A model generated the notes under the pieces. It was not told where the DNA came from, did no database searches, and saw nothing but the letters and a program-made list of their open reading frames with translations. Made by a program: the position numbers and the translations under genes. Shown here one piece after another: positions 8,284-15,293 of a stretch of 25,015 bases of DNA. The stretch spans positions 1 to 25,015 of IMG/VR virus record IMGVR_UViG_3300009095_000067. One strand, 5' to 3'. The stretch's first letter is position 1, and each line of letters begins with the position of its first letter. This DNA comes from a virus. Lineage: Duplodnaviria; Caudoviricetes.

Positions 8284-8379
8284 CTACTCCTTCACGATGT
8301 ACTTGACGGCCGCCACGGCGGCACCAAAGATCGGAAGGCAGAAGATGCCGAAGATCAGGGATGCCACCGCAACAGCCAT
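8284..8379 (-). CDS. 31-aa membrane peptide (MAVAVASLIFGIFCLPIFGAAVAAVKYIVKE)
   Basis: Not in track; single hydrophobic stretch; AAGGG upstream; in frame with helicase. Confidence 0.55.
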   Translation of the reverse strand: MAVAVASLIFGIFCLPIFGAAVAAVKYIVKE

Positions 8380-8382
8380 GGC

Positions 8383-8817
8383 TCAGCCCTTGTTCTTGAT
8401 CTGGACCGCGTAGAGCTTCTTCGGGAACGGCCCCTTGCTGTTCGGGTCGTCCTCGGTGTACTCGATGGCGATCATGTTGCCCTCGACCAGCTTGCCGCCC
8501 TCGCGGACAGCCTTGCGAGCAGCCTTCAGCTTCTCGCCCTCCAGTCGGAGGGAAGCCTCAGCGCCGTCCTTGGTCTGGCCGATCACGAGGATCGCCGGGA
8601 TCGGGTCGTAGGGAAGGTTGAGGTTCAGCTCGCTCTCGCGAACCTTCTTCTGGGACTGGAAGTACAGGCGCTCGCCCGGCTTGCCAGCCACGAACTCACG
8701 CACCGGCACCGACTTCGGTGCCTGCGTGATGAGCAGGATGTGCTTGGTCCCGACCGTCTCGAACTTCAGGCCGGGAGGGGTCTTGGTGCCACCCAGGATG
8801 TCATCGACGTCGCTCAC
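8383..8817 (-). CDS. Putative single-stranded DNA-binding protein (OB-fold-like)
   Basis: KFETVGT...G...IEYT...PKKLY pattern resembles actinophage SSB-like proteins; lies between nuclease and helicase. Confidence 0.55.
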   Translation of the reverse strand: MSDVDDILGGTKTPPGLKFETVGTKHILLITQAPKSVPVREFVAGKPGERLYFQSQKKVRESELNLNLPYDPIPAILVIGQTKDGAEASLRLEGEKLKAARKAVREGGKLVEGNMIAIEYTEDDPNSKGPFPKKLYAVQIKNKG

Positions 8818-8835
8818 GCAGTGTCTCTCTTTCTC

Positions 8836-9204
8836 TTAGCTGAAGTCCCAGTCAGACTCGTCGGTCTGCCAGGGCTTCTTCTCTTCGGTTTCGTTTTCGT
8901 CGGACGTCTTGTCCCACGGCTTGACCGGCGCGTTCTCGTCGATCTCTTCGACTCCGTCCAGACCCTCATCGAGGATCTTGATGGCGTCTTCGACTGACGT
9001 GTCCTTCGCCGCCTGCGGAGCCTTGGCCTGCGTTGGCGGGGCTTCGAAAGCCTTCACCTCTGCCGCCTGGTACTCGCGAATGTAGTTCGCGTACCACTCC
9101 GCAAGCTCCGTCGGGTCAGGGAAACCGGCCAGACTGGTCGGTGCCTTGATCTCGACGTAACCGTAGGGGACCTTCTTGCTGGGAATCCGGTAGGTGATCT
9201 CCAC
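8836..9204 (-). CDS. Hypothetical protein with acidic C-terminal tail
   Basis: GTG overlapping the nuclease TAG; ends DESDWDFS. Confidence 0.65.
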   Translation of the reverse strand: MEITYRIPSKKVPYGYVEIKAPTSLAGFPDPTELAEWYANYIREYQAAEVKAFEAPPTQAKAPQAAKDTSVEDAIKILDEGLDGVEEIDENAPVKPWDKTSDENETEEKKPWQTDESDWDFS

Positions 9205-10025
9205 TAGAAGGGGAACCCTTCCTCATCGGACTTGTCGTAGAAGCGAGCCCTCTGGGTTGGACCCGCCTCAACCAGGCAGTTGGGTGCCATCACGCAGAAC
9301 CTGCAATGAAAGCCAGCGTTGGCCTTCCACTTCTTCTGCTTGATGTCATCGTATGCCGCCTGGTACCGACGCCCCAAGGCGTCGGCATCCACTGACGCCA
9401 GACCCTTCACGGGCCTTGCCTTGCTAGCGTCAGGGTTGACCATGGCCCACAGGCCCACGTCGAACTGAATCGCCGTGTGCTCGTTGAACGGATGGTCAGT
9501 GTTGTTCAGAAGCACGGCGTAGGTTTCAAGCTGAAGGTTGTTTTTCGGCTTGTTCTTGCCGGACTTCCAGTCAACTATCACTGGACCGTGCTTCTTGTGC
9601 TCACCGACGATGTCGATGAACGCCTTGATCGGGACTTCACAGCCAGCGATCATACCGGAGGCATCGTACTCAACCTCCCAGACCTCGATGTCATCGAGGA
9701 ACTTGATGGCGTTGTCTACACAACGCTTGCCCAGCTCGACCGCCTTGTCTCGGATGATAGGATCATCCTGACTTCCGCCAGCCAGCCAGTTGACATCCAC
9801 TGGATCGATCTTCATCTGAGCCTCGATCAGTGGGTAGAAGCGGTCCTCGAACGAGGGAGCATCACCTGTTTGCAGGTAGTCCTCGACGCAAAGGTGGACC
9901 GCACTCCCGAGTGGGAAGAACCACGTTTGCTTCTCCTCGGCTGACTTGACTCGACCGAGGTAGAAGCTACGTGGGCACTCCTCATAGCGGGAGAGAGCAC
10001 TGTATGACAGGTGCTCTAGCTCCAT
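9204..10025 (-). CDS. Cas4/RecB-like PD-(D/E)XK exonuclease (probable 4Fe-4S)
   Basis: HLSYS..YEECPRSF, GSAVH, IDIV..IVDWKSG, QLETY and C-terminal CRFC...C; ATG 10025 with GGAG RBS. Confidence 0.85.
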   Translation of the reverse strand: MELEHLSYSALSRYEECPRSFYLGRVKSAEEKQTWFFPLGSAVHLCVEDYLQTGDAPSFEDRFYPLIEAQMKIDPVDVNWLAGGSQDDPIIRDKAVELGKRCVDNAIKFLDDIEVWEVEYDASGMIAGCEVPIKAFIDIVGEHKKHGPVIVDWKSGKNKPKNNLQLETYAVLLNNTDHPFNEHTAIQFDVGLWAMVNPDASKARPVKGLASVDADALGRRYQAAYDDIKQKKWKANAGFHCRFCVMAPNCLVEAGPTQRARFYDKSDEEGFPF

Positions 10026-10072
10026 GAGTGCATCTCCAAGGGAAGGGAAGTGATGACCAACAGCAGATGAGC

Positions 10073-10187
10073 AGGGCTTCAGACCCGTAGTCACTCACTG
10101 ACGATTGATACCAGTCACGGTACCGTAGCTACGGGTAATCCACTGGCAGGTGGACTGGGGTCACCAGCGACTCAGGTAGTTAGCCCT
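10073..10187 (-). ncRNA. Putative structured RNA (nested multi-stem)
   Basis: Nested pairings AGGGCT/AGCCCT, ACCTGAGTCGC/GTGACTACGGGT and CCAGTC/GACTGG with apical hairpins; no convincing ORF. Confidence 0.4.
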
Positions 10188-10207
10188 CGTCTTCACCGTA
10201 ACTCTGC

Positions 10208-10277
10208 GCGGATGAGCCGGGTTCGAACCGACACCGGCGCCTCTGCGGCGCTGTGCTGCCATTTACACCATCATCCT
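10208..10277 (-). tRNA. tRNA-like gene with aberrant 5-nt anticodon loop (GCAGA; Cys-like GCA), no encoded CCA
   Basis: Cloverleaf aGGATGA TG GTGT-AAATGGCA-GCAC A GCGCC-GCAGA-GGCGC CGGT GTCGG-TTCGAAC-CCGGC TCATCCg. Confidence 0.7.
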
Positions 10278-10333
10278 CACCTAGATCGCGACTCCAGGTG
10301 CAACCCCTCCGGCCGTCGCCCTCGGGGTAGTTA

Positions 10334-10813
10334 CTAGCTTACACCATCAGCGGCTGCCTCGCGGGCCTTCCGCCGAGCCTCACGCTGTCGGATCGTGTTC
10401 TGCTCTCGCTTACAGGTCTTGCACCTACCACCCGTGGGCAGGTAGTGCCCACGCTTGCATGTTCTGGGAGCACCAGGCTTGGACTTGCTGCCCTTCGGCC
10501 GTCCGCTCCTGGCTAGCTGCTCCGACTCGACGTCGAACCGCTTGGGCGGTTCGCCTCCACGCACGGTCCAGTACTTGTCCTCTGTCGTGGCGGAACTTCC
10601 GCACTCGAAGAAGACAGGGCACTCGATGCAGATCTCTGCTGCGAGTTCGAAGTTCTGGTAGTTGAAGGCCAGACGTTCCTTGAACTTCATGTCTTTGGTG
10701 AGCGGCGAGTCCTTCTCTTGGTACTCGAACAGCTCGAACGCCTTGCCCTTGCAGTTCGCACGCGAAGCCCACTCACTGCCCACTTCCTTCTCGACAGTGA
10801 GGAAAGGGTTCAC
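10334..10813 (-). CDS. whiB: WhiB-family transcription regulator with AT-hook-like motif and extra Cys/His domain
   Basis: WASRANC...CIECPVFFEC...WTVRGG (C, CxxC, C pattern); RSGRPKG; CKRGH...CKTC. Confidence 0.75.
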   Translation of the reverse strand: MNPFLTVEKEVGSEWASRANCKGKAFELFEYQEKDSPLTKDMKFKERLAFNYQNFELAAEICIECPVFFECGSSATTEDKYWTVRGGEPPKRFDVESEQLARSGRPKGSKSKPGAPRTCKRGHYLPTGGRCKTCKREQNTIRQREARRKAREAAADGVS

Positions 10814-11004
10814 GCTCTCGCCTTGTGAGCGTTGCTCACCGCAGCCTCGTAACGTTCCACGATGGACTCCTCACACTTTGACCGCCCATGGGCGGAGTAG
10901 TTGTACATCCGGGCGATGCATTGCCCCGGCATGATGTCCTCACCGCAGTGAGAGCACCGGTCCTTGTAGCGGGCGACAGCCCGGCTCACACGGTATGTCT
11001 TCAT
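10810..11004 (-). CDS. Small zinc-binding protein (CSHC...H...C)
   Basis: ATG 11004 with AAGGGA RBS; GTGA overlap with the WhiB-like gene. Confidence 0.6.
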   Translation of the reverse strand: MKTYRVSRAVARYKDRCSHCGEDIMPGQCIARMYNYSAHGRSKCEESIVERYEAAVSNAHKARA

Positions 11005-11013
11005 CTCATCCCT

Positions 11014-11019
11014 TATACT
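11014..11019 (+). promoter_or_regulatory. -10 element (TATACT) of a probable leaderless promoter
   Basis: Ends 7 nt before ATG 11027; no SD sequence upstream. Confidence 0.5.
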
Positions 11020-11026
11020 CTTAGTC

Positions 11027-11791
11027 ATGGCAACCACAACTACGGTGATCCTGCCGGACATCCAGTACCCTTACCACGATTCGCTGGCACTGTCGAAGAT
11101 CATCAAGGTGATCGAGGACATCCAGCCCGACCGCGTCTTCCAGATCGGAGACGCAATCGACTTCCCGCAGGTATCCCGTTGGACGAAGGGCACTGCCGGG
11201 GAGTACGCGCCCACCCTACAGAAGCATATTGACGGCTTCAAGGGGGTGCTGACGCAGCTCCGCGATGCTGCGCCCAAGGCTGTCATTACCTGGCTTGAGG
11301 GTAATCACGACCTTCGCATCAAGGACTTCGTGCGATCCTACGCTGCCCCTCTCACTACTCTGAGGGCACTCGAAATCGAGAACCTGTTCGGACTGGACGA
11401 GCTTGACGTGAAGTACGTCAAGGGCCCTGTCCGTCTCGGGACCAACACCTACGCAGTGCATGGTCACGAGAGTGGTGGTTACGCCGGGACCCCCCAGTCC
11501 TGGGAGAACAAGTTCGTCAAGCGCTACGGCAGTGACAAGAACATCGTGTTCGGCCACACTCACCAGCCTTACCTCCTTACTCGTGCTTACGGTTTCGACG
11601 GCAAGGTTTCGCCGCGCTTCACGATGAACGTTGGCTCCATCATGGACCCGACTCACGCGAAGTATGTGAAGGACGGTGCTGTGTCCTGGCAGATGTCGTT
11701 CGCGCTGCTGCGCGACGACGGGAAGCGCGTGTATCCGGACCTCATCACGATGGTCGACCGAGGCTTCTACTTCAACGGCTCGAAGTACTAG
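11027..11791 (+). CDS. Calcineurin-like metallophosphoesterase
   Basis: DIQ, GDAID, GNHD, HGH and GHTH motifs. Confidence 0.9.
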   Translation: MATTTTVILPDIQYPYHDSLALSKIIKVIEDIQPDRVFQIGDAIDFPQVSRWTKGTAGEYAPTLQKHIDGFKGVLTQLRDAAPKAVITWLEGNHDLRIKDFVRSYAAPLTTLRALEIENLFGLDELDVKYVKGPVRLGTNTYAVHGHESGGYAGTPQSWENKFVKRYGSDKNIVFGHTHQPYLLTRAYGFDGKVSPRFTMNVGSIMDPTHAKYVKDGAVSWQMSFALLRDDGKRVYPDLITMVDRGFYFNGSKY

Positions 11792-11816
11792 GCCCAGAGA
11801 ATTTTTAGGAGTACTC

Positions 11817-12506
11817 GTGAGTAACATAGAGCTTGACTTCGACGTCATGACCAAGATGGTCAGGGATGTTGCCCGCTCGGTGTCCTCCGCCTTCCCCCAG
11901 TACGTAACCTCGGAGGACACCGAGGGGCATCTGTGGATCTGGGTCTACGAGAAAAAGTCCCAGCTCCAGAAGGCTGTGGAGGACGGCCCCGAGTGGGAGC
12001 GCAAGATCGCATCCACGCTGCGCAAGGTAGCCTCTGACTACTGCGCAAGGGAGAAGGCTGCTGTAGAAGGATACAGTGTCGAAGACCTGTACCGCTACTC
12101 GATTCCGAAGATCAAGAACCTTCTCCCCGATGTGTTCTCGTACACCGACTGGCAGTCGTTCGGCCAGCACGGCGACGGACAGCCAACCCAGAAGCCGCAA
12201 GCCAACACGACTGGCGACAGGGTGGCCGAGCTTGTGGACATCAAGGCAGCCGTTCAGCGGCTGCCTGACGAGACCAAGGAGCTGCTGTTCCTGGTCCATG
12301 TGTGGAACTACACCACTGAGAACCTGGCCGACCACTTCGAGATCAGCCACGAGGCCGCCAAGAAGCGCGCACAGCGGGCGTACGGGGCCGTTCAGCGGGA
12401 GCTTGGCCGCAGGGACCCAGGCGATGAGCCGAGGCCCGCAGACAGGCGTATGGTGCGTTCCAACGCCGCCTGGCGGGCGGCGCAGGCGGGGCGGTACGAG
12501 GGCTAA
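11817..12506 (+). CDS. RNA polymerase sigma-factor-like protein (sigma70 region 4 HTH)
   Basis: GTG 11817 with AGGAG RBS; DIKAAVQRLP...LADHFEISHEAAKKRAQRA region 4 pattern; EDTEGHLWIWV region 2-like. Confidence 0.7.
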   Translation: MSNIELDFDVMTKMVRDVARSVSSAFPQYVTSEDTEGHLWIWVYEKKSQLQKAVEDGPEWERKIASTLRKVASDYCAREKAAVEGYSVEDLYRYSIPKIKNLLPDVFSYTDWQSFGQHGDGQPTQKPQANTTGDRVAELVDIKAAVQRLPDETKELLFLVHVWNYTTENLADHFEISHEAAKKRAQRAYGAVQRELGRRDPGDEPRPADRRMVRSNAAWRAAQAGRYEG

Positions 12507-12517
12507 GCAGCCAACAA

Positions 12518-12552
12518 GGGGCCAGATCTGGGCAGTAGACAGATCTGGCCCC
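12518..12552. terminator. Hairpin between convergent units (likely bidirectional terminator)
   Basis: 13-bp perfect inverted repeat GGGGCCAGATCTG/CAGATCTGGCCCC. Confidence 0.75.
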
Positions 12553-12563
12553 AACTTGTGCGC

Positions 12564-12686
12564 TCAGTACCAGAAGGGGAGCGTCGCCAGGAATCCGATG
12601 GCGATACCCCCAGCGAAGATGAGAGCCACGGCCAGCCCGTCAAGGGCAAGGCCGAAGACCTCCTTAACGATCCTCTTCACGCTCAC
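12564..12686 (-). CDS. Small membrane protein, 40 aa
   Basis: Not in track; GGAGGAG RBS, GTG start; MSVKRIVKEVFGLALDGLAVALIFAGGIAIGFLATLPFWY. Confidence 0.65.
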   Translation of the reverse strand: MSVKRIVKEVFGLALDGLAVALIFAGGIAIGFLATLPFWY

Positions 12687-12903
12687 GATTCTCCTCCGTG
12701 GAGATCAGGATTGCATTGAGGATCACCGCCGAGAACACGGCGATGATGACGGACGACTTGGGGTCGGCGTCGAAGAACGTGATGGACAGGCTAGCCAGCC
12801 CGCCCATCAGGGCGCTGCTGATCAACGAGTCCAGCAATACGTTCCTGCGAGGCTTCCCCGTCAGGCTCTTCCAGAGCCTCGATGATCTCATCCACCCAGT
12901 CAT
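12664..12903 (-). CDS. Membrane protein (2 TM)
   Basis: GAGG RBS; two hydrophobic segments. Confidence 0.55.
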   Translation of the reverse strand: MTGWMRSSRLWKSLTGKPRRNVLLDSLISSALMGGLASLSITFFDADPKSSVIIAVFSAVILNAILISTEENREREEDR

Positions 12904-13012
12904 GGGCGTTCAGCACCTCTCTTGCCAGGACCTCAGCCCTGACCCTGTAGAACTGGCAGAAGACAGCGAGCACGATGGTAGATACTAGCAGCGCCCATGC
13001 GGGCGCTGTCAC
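12791..13012 (-). CDS. Small membrane protein (N-terminal TM)
   Basis: GTGA overlap with upstream gene; hydrophobic N-terminus; overlaps the next ORF by 113 nt. Confidence 0.5.
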   Translation of the reverse strand: MTAPAWALLVSTIVLAVFCQFYRVRAEVLAREVLNAHDWVDEIIEALEEPDGEASQERIAGLVDQQRPDGRAG

Positions 13013-13443
13013 GCGAGCACCATCTTGCTGAAGTCGTTGCGGGTGAGGCTGACCCCGTACTGCCTGCCGGTCGGGGCGTCCTTGGCGATGGCGAACGCGA
13101 TCACGTCGTCGTTCGGCGTGAGCGGGTCATCCACATGCGCCACCTCGACGACCCGATACAGGTCCGAGACGGCGTACTTGTTGGGGGCGAACTTGTAGGT
13201 CTTGCCGACCTTGAAGAACGTGGCCTTACGCTTCCAGCCCTTGCGGAGCGTGCCGATGTTCATCGTGTCCATCACGGTGAACCCGTGCTGGTCGGTCATC
13301 TTGACCCAGAACTGGGACACACCCTTGACAGTGGCGCTGGACATGATCTCCAGCTCCTTCCACATGTTGTAGTCCCACATGGTCCCCTCGATGGGGACCA
13401 GCACCTCGCCCACATTGAGCGGAACAGTGTTGGTCATACTCAT
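13009..13443 (-). CDS. Hypothetical protein (SH3-like FKVGKTYK motif)
   Basis: ATGA overlap; AAGGAGAG RBS favours start 13437. Confidence 0.65.
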   Translation of the reverse strand: MSMTNTVPLNVGEVLVPIEGTMWDYNMWKELEIMSSATVKGVSQFWVKMTDQHGFTVMDTMNIGTLRKGWKRKATFFKVGKTYKFAPNKYAVSDLYRVVEVAHVDDPLTPNDDVIAFAIAKDAPTGRQYGVSLTRNDFSKMVLA

Positions 13444-13970
13444 CTCTCCTTGTTGTAGTACTTCTTCAGGTTGGCGTTGCTGTCAGCCTGAAGTGTGCCG
13501 GAGTTGACGTCCCTCAACAGGACAGTCTTGTCTCCGACTTCCAACACCTCGTAGTGACGGCGTCGCTGGAGAAGGGAGACCTTGTCTCCCGCCTTCCATC
13601 CATCCTTGTTGCTGCCAGGACCACCAGCCTTGGCGTTGGACGGAGTGAGAATCTTCCAGAACTGACTGTCGTACGGCACCATCGTGCCGTAGTCAGCCCC
13701 GGCATCGATGACCCAGCATGTGAGCGGGCCACCGTCGAACTCTTCCCCTATCCAGGCCACGTGATAGACCTTGGACGTAATGGCGGGAGACTTGAACGCC
13801 ATCCCAACCTTGGGCGGCTGAGCTGCCTCGTGAACATCGACAGCCCACATGTCGTAGATGCTGTCAACGATCTGCGCAGCAGCCTCCTCGACCGTCCGCT
13901 CGTTATCCACGGACCAGTCAAGGAACTCAGCTACCCGCTTGATCTGGGCGGGTCGTGACGGCACGCCCAT
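13440..13970 (-). CDS. Hypothetical protein (tandem SH3-like motifs KVGMAF, WKAGDKV)
   Basis: ATG 13970 with AAAGGAGGAG RBS; the upstream TTG extension runs through hairpins. Confidence 0.7.
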   Translation of the reverse strand: MGVPSRPAQIKRVAEFLDWSVDNERTVEEAAAQIVDSIYDMWAVDVHEAAQPPKVGMAFKSPAITSKVYHVAWIGEEFDGGPLTCWVIDAGADYGTMVPYDSQFWKILTPSNAKAGGPGSNKDGWKAGDKVSLLQRRRHYEVLEVGDKTVLLRDVNSGTLQADSNANLKKYYNKER

Positions 13971-14092
13971 ACTCCTCCTTTCGTAGGCCCAGAGGCTCGC
14001 ATCGGAGGGGGAGAGAGGCACCTCCGATGCCAGCTTCAAGGCCCACGACCGAAGTCGTGGGTCTCTCTTGCTCTGTGATCCACCTTACAGGA

Positions 14093-14578
14093 TCAGTCGA
14101 CGGACAGGTAGGGAGTGGCGTACCACTCACCATTCCAGAACTTGCCGTCCGTGTCGTGCTCGTAGACCTTTTCCAGAATCTCGCCACGAGCTGCCGCCGA
14201 GGCGGCCATGCCCCAGGGAGCGCCCTTGTCCTGGCTCGCCTGGGCGTTGAGCAGGTACGCCCTAGCGGTCTCGGTGTAGGTCAGGAAGCCGCTGCCGTCG
14301 AGGTTGTACAGCAGCTCCCCGGCGTCGACTTCGTTGTTGTACTCCCCGCCCATGACTTCGAGCGGGATGCCGCCACGCTTGAGCGCGTCGCCGACCAGGC
14401 ACCCCGGAGTGGCGGTGCTGAAGTCCATGACGTAGCGCTCCTCGTCCTCGTCCCACACCCGGGTGCCGTGGACGTAGTAGCAGGTGCCGTCCTGCTTGGG
14501 GTACTCGTAGTCAGCACCCCGAGACTCGATGGACTCGGCGACCAGCTCCTTTGCACGCTGCAAATCCAGGTGCAACAT
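14093..14578 (-). CDS. Conserved actinophage hypothetical protein (CYY...PGCLVG...Q..QD.G.PWG.A)
   Basis: AAGGGGAGAG RBS before ATG 14578. Confidence 0.7.
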   Translation of the reverse strand: MLHLDLQRAKELVAESIESRGADYEYPKQDGTCYYVHGTRVWDEDEERYVMDFSTATPGCLVGDALKRGGIPLEVMGGEYNNEVDAGELLYNLDGSGFLTYTETARAYLLNAQASQDKGAPWGMAASAAARGEILEKVYEHDTDGKFWNGEWYATPYLSVD

Positions 14579-14793
14579 GATGATCACTCTCCCCTTAGAT
14601 GTCCGTGATGTCACGGAGAGGGATGCACAGGCGAACAAACAGGCGTCGGGTAGACAAAGCCCTTAGCGTGCTAGCACTGCGGCACGGGGACCAGCCGTGT
14701 GATCCACAGCCACGTCAGCCTGAACCCTACTTATATTTCGGGTACCTGTGCATCCTTCACCGTGCCCGGCCCGGAGGCCGGGACACGATCAGA

Positions 14794-15219
14794 TCACTGC
14801 GAGGTGGGCAGGTCTTCCGAGGAACCCCGGAAGTCCACGTCAGGCAGGATGGACTGCGGCTTGAACGTCACCCGATGGTGGTACGCACTCGCCTTGATCG
14901 GCTTGCCCTGCTCGATGAAGTACGACACGTTGTCCGACAGACCGGCGAACTCCTTGACGTACTCGTCCTTGCCGGTCTTGCAGATGATCTCCAGCTGGCT
15001 GCCCTCATCGGTGATGGAGCACGCGCCGACGACCACCATCAGGTACTTGTCGGTGATGCCGTTGAACACGACGATCCGACGGTTGACCTCGAAGTTGTCG
15101 GCAGCCTTGGAGACGTTCTCGGATGCCACCGTGGCGTCATCCTCGAAGCACGCGGTCGCACCCAGCCCCAGAGTGACCACCATCGCGGCTGCGGCGGCGG
15201 TCCTCTTGATGCGCTTCAT
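14794..15219 (-). CDS. Lipoprotein
   Basis: ACAAGGGAGAGA RBS; basic N-terminus, hydrophobic stretch, lipobox-like ATAC; conserved ADNFEVNRRIVVFNGITD. Confidence 0.75.
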   Translation of the reverse strand: MKRIKRTAAAAAMVVTLGLGATACFEDDATVASENVSKAADNFEVNRRIVVFNGITDKYLMVVVGACSITDEGSQLEIICKTGKDEYVKEFAGLSDNVSYFIEQGKPIKASAYHHRVTFKPQSILPDVDFRGSSEDLPTSQ

Positions 15220-15261
15220 GTGATCTCTCCCTTGTTGAGTGACCCTAGTGGATCGCACAGC

Positions 15262-15280
15262 TATCGTCAGTCTGACGATA
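15262..15280. promoter_or_regulatory. Perfect palindrome TATCGTCAG-T-CTGACGATA (putative operator)
   Basis: 9-bp arms; 15 nt recur exactly at 16759-16773. Confidence 0.5.
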
Positions 15281-15293
15281 ACCATGCCAGTCA

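Noticed and set aside
7618-8997. 459-aa + strand ORF and many other long antisense ORFs
   Set aside because: Shadow frames of real genes in high-GC DNA; no RBS or motifs
9204-10025. Cas4-like gene as a sign of a CRISPR system
   Set aside because: No cas1/cas2 and no regularly spaced identical repeats; stand-alone Cas4-like nucleases are common in phages
10098-10160. CTGACGA as a hammerhead ribozyme core (also at 15272 and near 16760)
   Set aside because: No properly placed GAAA/stem III/UH elements found
10208-10277. tRNA as an amber suppressor for the TAG before the helicase, or as a normal Leu(CAG) tRNA
   Set aside because: No CUA in the loop; the 7-nt-loop reading needs G33 and a broken stem register
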